Below, one piece after another: positions 36,121 to 45,652 of a stretch of 64,000 nucleotides of DNA. The stretch lies in IMG/VR virus record IMGVR_UViG_3300036546_000248. One strand, given 5' to 3'. A model generated the notes under the pieces. The model did not search any database. It saw only the letters and a list, made by a program, of their open reading frames with translations, and was not told the origin of the DNA. The DNA comes from a virus. Its lineage: Duplodnaviria > Caudoviricetes. Position 1 is the stretch's first letter; each line of letters starts with the position of its first letter. A program made the position numbers and the translations under genes.

Positions 36121-36860
36121 CGTTTGATTAGCCTGATAAACCACGCCCCTGGGTCAATTTCGCCTTTTTTCATGGCCATGTCCCAGCGGTTGGGGAAAGC
36201 GTGGTGGTTGTTGTGTAGACCCTCACCCCCAAACAAAAGTGCTAAAAGTTTGGAGTTGCGTGAGTCATCATTAGTGTTCCAACTCTGGTATCCGAACCTA
36301 TGGACCCAGTCGAGCAAAACTGTTTTGCGTAATACCTGAGTACACGCCGTTGGGATCGCCCACAAATAGATCAGAGCCTCCCACGAGATCAAGGCTAGAA
36401 CACCGGCCGTTACTAGAGGATACAAAAGGTAGTACTTTTGAATACGCATCGCAACAGGGTCGTTTAGAAACTGTTTGAGTAACCGTCGGGGGATTGTGAG
36501 GTTCAGTTTCTTAGCGTTGACCAAACCCCAACCGCGATAATGGTTGTGGGGGTCGTTCGGGGTGTCTGAATGTTTGTGGTGCTCGCGGTGGATAGCAATG
36601 CTGATATAGGGATGGAGTCCTCCGGCGGCACAGATAGCCCACACCATAAACTCCCGCCAGAATGGACTGGTTTCAAATGAACGGTGTACAAAGTACCGAT
36701 GAGCCCCACAGGCGACGCCGCAGACCCAATACACTTGAAAGGCCATAAAACTCCCCAGTACCCATAAGGCACTGGGGTGAATTACGCAGAACAGACTGAT
36801 TCCCATTGCCAGCACAGCTACCAGAACCGAAGCCCTGCCACTGAACTGTAGATATTTCAT
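36117..36860 (-). CDS. Membrane fatty-acid desaturase, copy 2
   Basis: HRYFVH, HREHHKHSDTPNDPH and GEGLHNNHH. Confidence 0.9.
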   Translation of the reverse strand: MKYLQFSGRASVLVAVLAMGISLFCVIHPSALWVLGSFMAFQVYWVCGVACGAHRYFVHRSFETSPFWREFMVWAICAAGGLHPYISIAIHREHHKHSDTPNDPHNHYRGWGLVNAKKLNLTIPRRLLKQFLNDPVAMRIQKYYLLYPLVTAGVLALISWEALIYLWAIPTACTQVLRKTVLLDWVHRFGYQSWNTNDDSRNSKLLALLFGGEGLHNNHHAFPNRWDMAMKKGEIDPGAWFIRLIKR

Positions 36861-37645
36861 TTACGGATCACCTTGATAATCCAATAAGCTGGATCGAATT
36901 CCCACCACTTCTCACGAAGGTTAACGGCCGTTTGGTCGTGATGGTGGTTGTTGTGCCAACCTTCACCCCCGGAGATGAGTGATACGAACCACCAGTTGTG
37001 ACTCAAGTCAGGTGTTTCGTGGTTACGGTAACCCAGTCCCGGTACGTGTCCTGACCAAACCACAAACCGCAAAGTCATGTGACACATACCACCTGGAACG
37101 AGGTACAACCAGAAGAGTGCAGTCAGAGGATCAAGTCCTGCAAGTACACCCACCGAGGTCAGACCAGCTGCCAACAGCGCTACGATCAAGAAGTAATACT
37201 TGATAGTCAATCCGTGCATCGGGTCACTTGCCAACATCTTAAGCAACATGCGGTTGCCTTTGAAGTTTTCGTGGCTGAAGGGTGAGACTCCTGTGCGGAT
37301 AAAGTCGATATACGGATCATCGTCTTCATCGGCATGTTTGTGGTGCTTGATGTGCAGATCAGCCCATACACAAGGCGGACCTGTCAAGGCACCTACGCAA
37401 CTGACTGCCATCACCCACTGCCAGAAACGACTGGTTGTGAACATCCGGTGAGAGAAATAACGATGCGCTCCCACCACCAATCCCATCACTTGCAAAAACT
37501 GCCAGATAGCAAGGGTTGCAAACAACAGTCCCCAACTCATGCCAAAGACGTACGCCACCAAGGGCGCTGTAAGGACACAGGCTGCGGTCAACCGATTAAC
37601 GACTTTAAGTCGTGAGTAGGTAATCATGAAAGGTGGGGTTTGCAT
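36857..37645 (-). CDS. Membrane fatty-acid desaturase, copy 3
   Basis: HRYFSH, HIKHHKHAD and GEGWHNNHH. Confidence 0.9.
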   Translation of the reverse strand: MQTPPFMITYSRLKVVNRLTAACVLTAPLVAYVFGMSWGLLFATLAIWQFLQVMGLVVGAHRYFSHRMFTTSRFWQWVMAVSCVGALTGPPCVWADLHIKHHKHADEDDDPYIDFIRTGVSPFSHENFKGNRMLLKMLASDPMHGLTIKYYFLIVALLAAGLTSVGVLAGLDPLTALFWLYLVPGGMCHMTLRFVVWSGHVPGLGYRNHETPDLSHNWWFVSLISGGEGWHNNHHHDQTAVNLREKWWEFDPAYWIIKVIRK

Positions 37646-37648
37646 GCG

Positions 37649-38287
37649 TTACTCCTGAAGGCTTTCGACGGTGGCTAAACTCTCCACCGGAACGTTGGTA
37701 CATTGGGCTTTGACTTCTTCTACAGTTGCTTCATAAACATAGACCAGGAACGCATTGTCTTGTCCGGTATTACGGAAGCTGTAGTCTTGGGGTTTAGTCA
37801 AACGAAGGTGTTTGATGCTATTGAACACCCCGCCGTCATTTACCTGAAGAGCCCCTTCTACGATAAAGACATTTTGCTCCATCTCTCGAGGGGTGATCAC
37901 ACACGACTCACCGGGAGCCAACGCGTAGTTCTTCGACAGGTAGAGCTTGGCCATCGGGTCTTGTGCATTGATGCACATAAACCGATTGCGATCCTCCATC
38001 CCCAGCAGATGAAAACTACCCTTGATGGTCACACGACTCTCATCGCCACCGTCACCACGACTCCGAATGAATTCGGGTGTAACGGTAGAGCCGACTTTAA
38101 AAGCCCCTTCGATAAAGGCGTTGAATCGGTAGGTGTTGATACCTGCATCGCTGGAACCCAAAGTCGCTTGTGCGGGCACGTCTACAGGTACTGCGGCGAT
38201 CTTGTTTTTTTCCAGAACCAGTTCGAACAAGTCAAAGCCATTTACGCGAGTGACGTTCCAACCGTTACGGGTATAGGTTGTACTCAT
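37649..38287 (-). CDS. Beta-rich, cupin/RmlC-like protein of the desaturase cassette
   Basis: LAPGESCVI...NVFIVEGALQVN pattern typical of cupin barrels; no clear metal-binding His pair. Confidence 0.55.
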   Translation of the reverse strand: MSTTYTRNGWNVTRVNGFDLFELVLEKNKIAAVPVDVPAQATLGSSDAGINTYRFNAFIEGAFKVGSTVTPEFIRSRGDGGDESRVTIKGSFHLLGMEDRNRFMCINAQDPMAKLYLSKNYALAPGESCVITPREMEQNVFIVEGALQVNDGGVFNSIKHLRLTKPQDYSFRNTGQDNAFLVYVYEATVEEVKAQCTNVPVESLATVESLQE

Positions 38288-38524
38288 TTAAATCTCCTCC
38301 GTGACTTCTCGAGTCACTTGGGTTTCTTCCAATCCTTCGTTGTGATTGGTGGCGGGTTGATGAGGCAGACCGCAGTTGAACAGAACCGCATAGGCCATCC
38401 CTTGAAGGAATGCTTCGTCTGGAGGGAGTGCACCCACATCCATAGGCTCGTAAAAGATCTCCACATTCCCATGCAGTGTTTCTACCACCACACTCTTTTC
38501 ATTACGACTGACAAAATTAAACAT
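38288..38524 (-). CDS. Small acidic protein heading the desaturase cassette
   Basis: 78 aa; abuts the next gene (TAA-ATG). Confidence 0.6.
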   Translation of the reverse strand: MFNFVSRNEKSVVVETLHGNVEIFYEPMDVGALPPDEAFLQGMAYAVLFNCGLPHQPATNHNEGLEETQVTREVTEEI

Positions 38525-38534
38525 GGAGTCACCT

Positions 38535-39086
38535 TTATGGGAGGAGTTTAACGACAGTGGATTTATTGAGGATAGCGCTTCTTACAGTCGTAAATTGTGC
38601 CGCGGTTATAGCAACAGAAAAGACAATTGTACTGGTGCCAGTTTTAGTGTTTGTAACAACTGTAAAGGCTCCTGAGAACGTCACCCCACCAATTACCAGT
38701 TTGGTCGCGTAGGACCAAGCAGGTCTCGCTCCACCCGTATTGACTTCAAAAGACACACTGTAGCTACCGGCATAATTCATTACCGAACAAGTCGAAATGG
38801 CGTAGCCAGATAACGTGGTCGGTGAAACCGAGCCGTACGTGGCTGAGCCGAAACCCACATTCTCATACCCAGATGTGGGTACATAGGAAACGGCACCCAA
38901 AGTGATTTCAGCCAGACTGTTGTTAACGGCCTTGCCGCGCAACATCGACAAGTTCACCTGACCACTGAGTGCACCTACTAGTTGACGAATAGAGGCATCA
39001 CTCAAATTTAATTGTTGATTGGCAGGACGACCCAATTCAGTATTGATCATACTGAATGTGATCGGACCGGAAGTAGGCAATGCCAT
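38535..39086 (-). CDS. Putative tail-fibre tip adhesin
   Basis: MALPTSGPITFSMINTELG N-terminus common in genes following S74-chaperone fibres; beta-rich C-terminal domain. Confidence 0.6.
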   Translation of the reverse strand: MALPTSGPITFSMINTELGRPANQQLNLSDASIRQLVGALSGQVNLSMLRGKAVNNSLAEITLGAVSYVPTSGYENVGFGSATYGSVSPTTLSGYAISTCSVMNYAGSYSVSFEVNTGGARPAWSYATKLVIGGVTFSGAFTVVTNTKTGTSTIVFSVAITAAQFTTVRSAILNKSTVVKLLP

Positions 39087-39147
39087 GGTGTATTACCTCG
39101 CAATAAAAAAGGACTGAGTCGTAGCGGCTCAGTCCTATACACAGGGC

Positions 39148-40836
39148 TTATTTTTCGAGTTGGCTTTGGAGTTCGGTAAGTTGCACTTTGATTTGCTCAA
39201 CCGACAGCACCAATTGATCGAGTTTCGATCGATCATTGTCAGCCAAGTCCGCCAGCTCATTGATCGCCATTACCACGTACGGAAGTGTGCGGTGGTATTT
39301 CATTGTGAGGTAGTACTCACCCGATCTTGAGACATTCGGTTCCCCGTCGTCATCGTAATCAAAAGGTGCCAACTCAACAATTTCAGGCGCAACGACTTGC
39401 CATTCTTGAGCACTGAAACCCACCTCAGGTTTGAGGGGGTCGTAGCCAAACCCTGCGGCCAATTCGTTGGCCGTATAGCGATAGCCCGTGATGGTACGTA
39501 GACTTTCCAAAGCCCCTTCAATCGGCGTCATGTTCTCTTTCAGACGTTCGTCGGAGTAGAAGCCACTGATCTCACCTGTGGCTGCAATGTTACCCTCAAC
39601 GTAGAAACTCTTAGACCCGTACACACGAACCCAAGTAGTATCCGACATATGGATGCCGCCACCATAGGTCTCGCTATACCAACCTGTTGCTCCGGTGGAA
39701 CGGAACCAGTTCCCCGTATAGAAAGTCGAAGCCGTGATGTTACCGTTTACGGTACCACCCGACGTACTGAACTTGGCATCCAGAGCTGCTTGAAGACCCG
39801 ATACAGTCGAGATCGCTTGTGTACCCGTATGGTTACTACGGCTCAACAATGCAGCGTCTGTGGAGTTAACAGTGGCGCCGGCTGAGATACCATTGAGCTT
39901 GGCTTTATCGGCCGCACTTAACAACCCAGCCGCCGCAGTAGTGGCTCCAGGCAAACTGGCATTCGTACCCGTGGAGCTGGTTATAGTACCGGCAGTAGCA
40001 CCTGTGGTATAGCCCAAATCGGTAGGTACGTTGACTTGGGCGCCAGCAGCAATACCGTCCAGTTTGGTTTTATCCGCAGAGCCTGTCCACCATGCAGCAA
40101 TTGCCTGACGTACCCGTTGTGCAGTCCAAGCACGACGCGTTGTAGCCACACCTGTCTCTGCTTCAGACTGGGTGATCGTAGTCGCTGACCACTCACGGGC
40201 ATCTGTCAACCGTGTATCCGTCTTGTCGACTTTAGAAGCCAACTGGTTGGTGATGGTAGTTGCAAAGTTGGGATCATTACCCAATGCCGTTGCCAACTCA
40301 TTCAACGTATTCAACGCATCAGGAGAAGAATCTACCAGCGCCGAAATAGCTGCATTTGTGAAGGCTTTGTACTCAGCTTCGATTGTCGCCAGTTGTTTAC
40401 CATCAAGCGCGTCAGCATCCAATCCTGAGTTAGGACCGTCCACTGTCAACAGCTTAGCCAAAACGTCACCAGCGGTATAGCCAGATGCATTGAGTTTGGT
40501 GTTCAATGCGGCCTGAAGAACGTCAGGCTGTACCGCAGTGTCGGCCTTAACGCCTTGTGCGGCAGTTGCAAATTCGGTACGGGCCGTCACATCCAACTTA
40601 GTGTCTAGGTTGGCTGCTGCGATTGCCTCAAGAATAATCTGGGCTTTTGTTTTACCGTCAAGCAAGGATGAATCCACAGCTTTTCCAGCAATTGCCAAGA
40701 AAGTCTCAAGGGCTTCTTGTTTCGTGTGTACACTGGTTTTATCAGCTTTAAGGTTGAGGGCATCCATGACCCCCGTGACTTGGTCACGCACCCACATGCT
40801 GAAATCAGCAAACCCAAAATAACGTTTATTGGTCAT
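39148..40836 (-). CDS. Long tail fibre with C-terminal peptidase S74 intramolecular chaperone (KRFFGF family, copy 2)
   Basis: SPDALNTLNELATALGND, GLLSAADKAKLNGI, WFRSTG and YSDERLKEN...VGFSAQE. Confidence 0.85.
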   Translation of the reverse strand: MTNKRYFGFADFSMWVRDQVTGVMDALNLKADKTSVHTKQEALETFLAIAGKAVDSSLLDGKTKAQIILEAIAAANLDTKLDVTARTEFATAAQGVKADTAVQPDVLQAALNTKLNASGYTAGDVLAKLLTVDGPNSGLDADALDGKQLATIEAEYKAFTNAAISALVDSSPDALNTLNELATALGNDPNFATTITNQLASKVDKTDTRLTDAREWSATTITQSEAETGVATTRRAWTAQRVRQAIAAWWTGSADKTKLDGIAAGAQVNVPTDLGYTTGATAGTITSSTGTNASLPGATTAAAGLLSAADKAKLNGISAGATVNSTDAALLSRSNHTGTQAISTVSGLQAALDAKFSTSGGTVNGNITASTFYTGNWFRSTGATGWYSETYGGGIHMSDTTWVRVYGSKSFYVEGNIAATGEISGFYSDERLKENMTPIEGALESLRTITGYRYTANELAAGFGYDPLKPEVGFSAQEWQVVAPEIVELAPFDYDDDGEPNVSRSGEYYLTMKYHRTLPYVVMAINELADLADNDRSKLDQLVLSVEQIKVQLTELQSQLEK

Positions 40837-40943
40837 TGTGAAGTCTCCAGTTTAAGTATCGAGGCAAAAAAAAAATAAGGGCTAGACTTAAGTTTGGAAA
40901 AATGTCTTCTCTTTGTAAGTCTAGCCCTCTTCATAAAATTGCT
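40837..40943 (-). promoter_or_regulatory. Late leader with TATG, 14-bp hairpin and U-tract before the fibre gene
   Basis: AGGGCTAGACTTA...TAAGTCTAGCCCT stem plus T9; its 3' part TTTTTTTTTGCCT..TAC..AAACTGGAG..TTCA matches the 47525 leader. Confidence 0.6.
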
Positions 40944-40963
40944 TAGGGACAGACCCCCATTGA

Positions 40964-41527
40964 CTAACGCCAGTTAGAGTCTAACTTCACTACTGCGTTG
41001 GGTAAACCACCTGTGACTGGGATGCCAGAACCGCAAGGTGTCAGAGATAGTCGGTTAATACCTACCCTCACTACAGGTTTGAAGCCAGCATATTGTACGT
41101 TGTCACTCGCATCGTAACGAATAGAGCCTAGGTACATCGATTCCAAACTCTCAGGCATAATCTCCCTTCTAATCTGGTGTTCCACCACCCCGCCACCGAT
41201 AGTCAAGTAGACATGATAGACTTTATTAGCCGTCACTTCGTCTTGAATAACAGTTTCAAATTGATCGAACACCCTAGACTGCCCTCGGATAAACGCCACG
41301 TTTCGTTTAGTGAACCTTACTGTTTTTCCAGTAACGGAAACCCCGATGTCGTCGTCGTTAATTTCACCATAACGACTAACAGACAACGAACCCAGGGATA
41401 GCCTACTGTCCAAGTACTGATCCACGTATGTGGTGGTGACCCCTCCACAATTAACCAGCAGCAACCAATTGGATGTTCTCCAACCGCGAGGCTTTGCGTA
41501 CATCAATTGAGGTGATGGTGCTGGCAC
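40964..41527 (-). CDS. Tail/baseplate protein of the phiKZ gp131-like paralog family (start uncertain)
   Basis: LSVSRYG motif and YLGSIRY...RVGINRL C-terminus shared with its neighbours. Confidence 0.6.
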   Translation of the reverse strand: MPAPSPQLMYAKPRGWRTSNWLLLVNCGGVTTTYVDQYLDSRLSLGSLSVSRYGEINDDDIGVSVTGKTVRFTKRNVAFIRGQSRVFDQFETVIQDEVTANKVYHVYLTIGGGVVEHQIRREIMPESLESMYLGSIRYDASDNVQYAGFKPVVRVGINRLSLTPCGSGIPVTGGLPNAVVKLDSNWR

Positions 41528-44276
41528 CTGTCACCACACGCCCCAAATACAACAGAGTTGTGCTGTCGGCTTGTTTGGTCAGACTCACCAAGTATTTGGC
41601 TTCACCGTTTACCACTTGAACGTGAACGTAGAACGTTCTGTTCGCTGGTGTGGCGGTGAGAGTAAGTAGGTTAAAGTTTTGTGGTGGTAGTTTGTAGAAA
41701 CGTCCATTGAGCACTACAGAAGTTTCTTCTGTGAAATACAGTACCCACCCTTGCGCTACTTCCTGTGAGGTCAAAACACGGTAATTGGTTTTAGGGACGT
41801 TACCCAATACCCAATTGTCGAATTCACTCTCGGAGATCTTGGCAATCGGCACAAACACCAATTTAGTCAACTCATCGTTTGCTCCAGAGGAACCGACTAC
41901 GCCATAAATCATCCCTAGACCCAAGGACGGTGAGGCATAGTACGAGCGACTACTGTGTAGAGCATTATACGCCTCAAATCCCAGCCCAGCATCGAAAACA
42001 AACTGGCCGGTGGTTTTGTTGTACTTAAAACGGATGGACGTTTGAGGACCGTTCCCGACAAACAGATATCCAAAAGGTCCAGCGTACCCGATCAGACATA
42101 CAGACCCTACAGTGTAAATAACTGTCGCACCGGCGTAGAGTTGATAGCCTTGATAGCGTAACAGAGACAGGCCACCCGTGGACAAAAGAACCCGAGGTGA
42201 CAGTGAGTGTACGGTCACTTCAGTTACTGCTCCACTAGCTACACCACCGACCACATTCAAACGAGCCACAAACTTTTGGATGATACGGTTGGTATAAAGG
42301 ACCATCACCACTGCGAATGGAGGTACGCCTGAGGCTTGTGGGAACACCACATCAACAACCATGTCTTGAACCACACCCGCTTCACCAGCAGCCGATAACG
42401 CCACAGCTAATTTGGCTTTAAGGTCATCAATCACTGCTTGTGACATCGACCCTGAACCACTGGTAGTAAAGTCCGCATTAATGCGTACAGGGGCGGTGGT
42501 TTTTAAACCATCCAAATACCGCGTACCGGCTACTGTGTGAGAAGATCCATTTACCTCTACGATTGGTGCCGCAAGATCAATGGGGTTACTCACACCAATG
42601 TCGGTTAAGAAATCGCGGTTCGCTGACGGTTTATAACCACTGTAGCTACCGTTATAGATCGATTTGTGCGTATACCCGGTTGGGAGTCCTTCCAAGTCAG
42701 TATATGCCAATCCGGCTATTGTTTCACCGTTGCGTGACCGACCATTGGAGAAGAAGATCATGCGAGTATCCGACAACGCAATAGGGGCTGCCAACTTACC
42801 ACCCACAGCACTACCAAATGCTGGCGGTAGCGATATACCACTATAGTTCATAACAGACTGACGAGGTATGCGCAGAGCTTCGTATTTGTCACTGAAGTCA
42901 ACCATCTGTGAGCGATACAAAGCCACGCTATCTACTGTTTGGCTGTTGATCATGTGGAATACCCACCCACTCCCCGAATAGATGCGGGCGTCGTAGACGT
43001 TGCCGGTGGGCGGGTAACCTAAAGCCGATTCGGATTTAGAAAACAACGTTCCTGACGGAGTAATGGAATTGTTGTCTTGACGAGTCATCGTTGCTTGAAC
43101 AATGTTCGTCTCGTCCAGCGCAGCTGTTTTGCTCACAGGATCGTAGGTGAAGCTAAAGATCACTGCACCTCGAGTACTGGAGTAACTGTTAGCAAAATAG
43201 GAGCGTCCTATCACCAACCCGCGCAATTTACCGGTGACAGGGTCAGCAGCCAATTGAAGGTATGGTATCTCGTAGTGGAAGACGTTGCGGGCTGTAAAAC
43301 CAGTACCGACTGACAATACCAGCGGTTTAGTGGCCGGATCGTCACTAACGCTAACGTTGGCTAGATGGATCAAGCTAGCGTTTGCTACCGTTCCACTGAA
43401 TCCTGTAGTAGTGATACCTGTCACCAAGGTAAATGCTACAGTTCCGCCCGCTTGAACGGCCGCTTTAGAAACTTGGTAAACCAAATAACCAAACGCACCG
43501 CTTGCGTTAAGACCCGTCGGGATCATGTAGTAGATGGTGGAGCCGGCCAGAATGGCTGTTCCCCGTGAACCTTGATACGTAGTGGTTGAGATGAGGGCGC
43601 CAGTGTGTTTGGCGTCGTTGTAGGTACCGTTGGTTAGTGAGATAAAGTAATCCCCCAAAACACCATTCGCATCTTGGAGACGACCCATGATGACCGACTC
43701 GCTACAACTGATGACAAATGCCGCTTCCATACCCGCTGGAAAAAAGGATGGGCGGTACTTTTTATTGGTACGGATGGGTTGGCGAAGGTTACCGACCATC
43801 GCGTTTCTTAAATAGGCGTAGTATACACCTCGTCCTGAACCGTTGGTCCCATTTCTCAGTATGATCAATGTTCCATCGTCTTCCACGAACATACCAGCAT
43901 CTTTGGGTGAGGTGATGGTGGTGGCTCCTTCGAATGTGGCGGCCAAACCCACCGGCAGGTAGTCGGGTGTGCCGTACGAGGATAACGGCAGAATCCCTTC
44001 AGGCATCCGTGTGGCGGCCAAACTACGCACCTCAGCTTCACTATAACCACCAACATCCGCCGGCGTCAGGTTGTGTGGGTTGCCTTTAACCAGTTGATGG
44101 TCCATGATCGTTTGTAGGCTTTGTGTTTCCAGATCGCTGTACGGTAGGTCATTCAGTGCGTCGCTGTTGTCAGCACTGACGGTTGGCACCACACGTGAAA
44201 TGGCTTTATCATGTAAAGCCTGAAAGTACCGCCCCATCGCATCAGACAAGGTAGTTAGGTTGAGATTGAATTTCAT
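41451..44276 (-). CDS. Large tail-tip/baseplate protein (gp131-like family)
   Basis: 941 aa; HNLTPADVGGY and LPLSSYG motifs; long beta-rich body. Confidence 0.65.
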   Translation of the reverse strand: MKFNLNLTTLSDAMGRYFQALHDKAISRVVPTVSADNSDALNDLPYSDLETQSLQTIMDHQLVKGNPHNLTPADVGGYSEAEVRSLAATRMPEGILPLSSYGTPDYLPVGLAATFEGATTITSPKDAGMFVEDDGTLIILRNGTNGSGRGVYYAYLRNAMVGNLRQPIRTNKKYRPSFFPAGMEAAFVISCSESVIMGRLQDANGVLGDYFISLTNGTYNDAKHTGALISTTTYQGSRGTAILAGSTIYYMIPTGLNASGAFGYLVYQVSKAAVQAGGTVAFTLVTGITTTGFSGTVANASLIHLANVSVSDDPATKPLVLSVGTGFTARNVFHYEIPYLQLAADPVTGKLRGLVIGRSYFANSYSSTRGAVIFSFTYDPVSKTAALDETNIVQATMTRQDNNSITPSGTLFSKSESALGYPPTGNVYDARIYSGSGWVFHMINSQTVDSVALYRSQMVDFSDKYEALRIPRQSVMNYSGISLPPAFGSAVGGKLAAPIALSDTRMIFFSNGRSRNGETIAGLAYTDLEGLPTGYTHKSIYNGSYSGYKPSANRDFLTDIGVSNPIDLAAPIVEVNGSSHTVAGTRYLDGLKTTAPVRINADFTTSGSGSMSQAVIDDLKAKLAVALSAAGEAGVVQDMVVDVVFPQASGVPPFAVVMVLYTNRIIQKFVARLNVVGGVASGAVTEVTVHSLSPRVLLSTGGLSLLRYQGYQLYAGATVIYTVGSVCLIGYAGPFGYLFVGNGPQTSIRFKYNKTTGQFVFDAGLGFEAYNALHSSRSYYASPSLGLGMIYGVVGSSGANDELTKLVFVPIAKISESEFDNWVLGNVPKTNYRVLTSQEVAQGWVLYFTEETSVVLNGRFYKLPPQNFNLLTLTATPANRTFYVHVQVVNGEAKYLVSLTKQADSTTLLYLGRVVTGASTITSIDVRKASRLENIQLVAAG

Positions 44277-44944
44277 GCGACCACCTCAATCGTTCCGTCT
44301 CGGTTGGTGTATACCCGATATTGCGTCATCAGACGCGACACTTTACGAATCGCTGTGCTCAGGATGCCTGAGGCATTCGTGGTGAGAGTACCAATGTTCA
44401 TCAGTACGTCCGTCTCAGCCAACACCGATTCACTGAACCGGTAACGCAACGCCCCGGCATCTAACACCACATAAACGTAAATCGTTTTGTTGGCCGGGTT
44501 AACAATCGATTGCGACAAGTCGTAGTCAGCTGCTACCAACACCCCTTCTTGTCCCGTTAAGATCACCGGCACTGCGTTTTGGAAACTGACCACCCAGCCA
44601 CCACTACCGATCACCGTTGGGAAAGTAGTATCCATTGACCCGTAACGTGATACTGCCAACTGCCCTTGCGGCATCAAAGGTGCCAATAAGGCGTCTATCT
44701 GAGCCGTGGTGAGCATTCCCAAATGGGCTGCAGTGGTTTGGTGAGGATTGGATTTATTCGCTTCATGTGAGGCGACAACCACGTTCACGGTGTTGGTCAG
44801 ATGGGTCTGGGTTTTACCCTCAATGGCCAAGGCGTTATCTGCTACCGAGGCGTGAGCCAACTTTTTACTCAGTAGAGTTTTGATGTCGGTGAACATCGTA
44901 TCCAGCTGGTTACGCAAAGCGGTAATTTTTTCAATGATACTCAT
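44273..44944 (-). CDS. gp131-like family tail protein
   Basis: HQTTAAHLG and LAVSRYG motifs. Confidence 0.65.
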   Translation of the reverse strand: MSIIEKITALRNQLDTMFTDIKTLLSKKLAHASVADNALAIEGKTQTHLTNTVNVVVASHEANKSNPHQTTAAHLGMLTTAQIDALLAPLMPQGQLAVSRYGSMDTTFPTVIGSGGWVVSFQNAVPVILTGQEGVLVAADYDLSQSIVNPANKTIYVYVVLDAGALRYRFSESVLAETDVLMNIGTLTTNASGILSTAIRKVSRLMTQYRVYTNRDGTIEVVA

Positions 44945-45595
44945 TTATACCTCCCGAACCAAACCCAATGAACCATTGGCGTTGGTGACCATTCGACACA
45001 CGTCCAACCGAGACAGGTGCGTCAAAGTGTGGCTAGTGATAGCTGTCGCTGAGGTCACAACAGTTCCTAAAAACATGCTGGTCAATGTGTCTGGTGTTTT
45101 AGCGGTTTTGATCACATAGACCAACGACCCATTCGACACCTCTAAATACACGTAGTTGGTGCGATTGGTATAACCTGCAAAACTCAGTACCTGTTGTGGC
45201 AGATTGGCATACAGTCCAGCCAAGAAACAGGACACTGGTTTTAAGGTCAGGTTTAAACCTGAAGTAGTGGGCGCAATAGTGGTACCTGGTGCCCCGTAAC
45301 GAGAAATCGGTACATATTGAGCAGCCAACAGTTGTGCTAACGCCGCTTGTACTTGTGCGGTGCTATAGCTCCCTACTTGGGCAGCCGTGGTATTGTGGTT
45401 ATTACGACTGGCTATGTGAGCAGCTGCTGAAGTTTGACTGGCGGACATAATCTCAGCAAAGGTTTTACCGCCTAACAACAATGCGTTGTTGGCAGCAAAC
45501 GACGAAGCCACTTTCTTTTTCAGTGCCGTTGTAGTGTCGGCGATAACCTTTTCCACGCTGGCCTTAAGCGCAACCAGTTGTGTTTGAATTGTCAT
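44945..45595 (-). CDS. gp131-like family tail protein
   Basis: HNTTAAQVGSY and VPISRYG motifs. Confidence 0.65.
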   Translation of the reverse strand: MTIQTQLVALKASVEKVIADTTTALKKKVASSFAANNALLLGGKTFAEIMSASQTSAAAHIASRNNHNTTAAQVGSYSTAQVQAALAQLLAAQYVPISRYGAPGTTIAPTTSGLNLTLKPVSCFLAGLYANLPQQVLSFAGYTNRTNYVYLEVSNGSLVYVIKTAKTPDTLTSMFLGTVVTSATAITSHTLTHLSRLDVCRMVTNANGSLGLVREV

Positions 45596-45652
45596 GACGA
45601 TACCTTTTATAAAACCCACAGAGGCGTGTGACCGCCTCTGTGAGTAACCCCT

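Noticed and set aside
34407-37645. Canonical polyyne/alkyne (Cay/Jam-type) biosynthetic cluster
   Set aside because: No fatty acyl-AMP ligase, ACP, thioesterase or rubredoxin; the His boxes are of the delta-9 type
38288-38524. 78-aa acidic protein as the acyl carrier protein of the desaturase cassette
   Set aside because: Right size and charge, but no (D/E)SL phosphopantetheine-attachment motif
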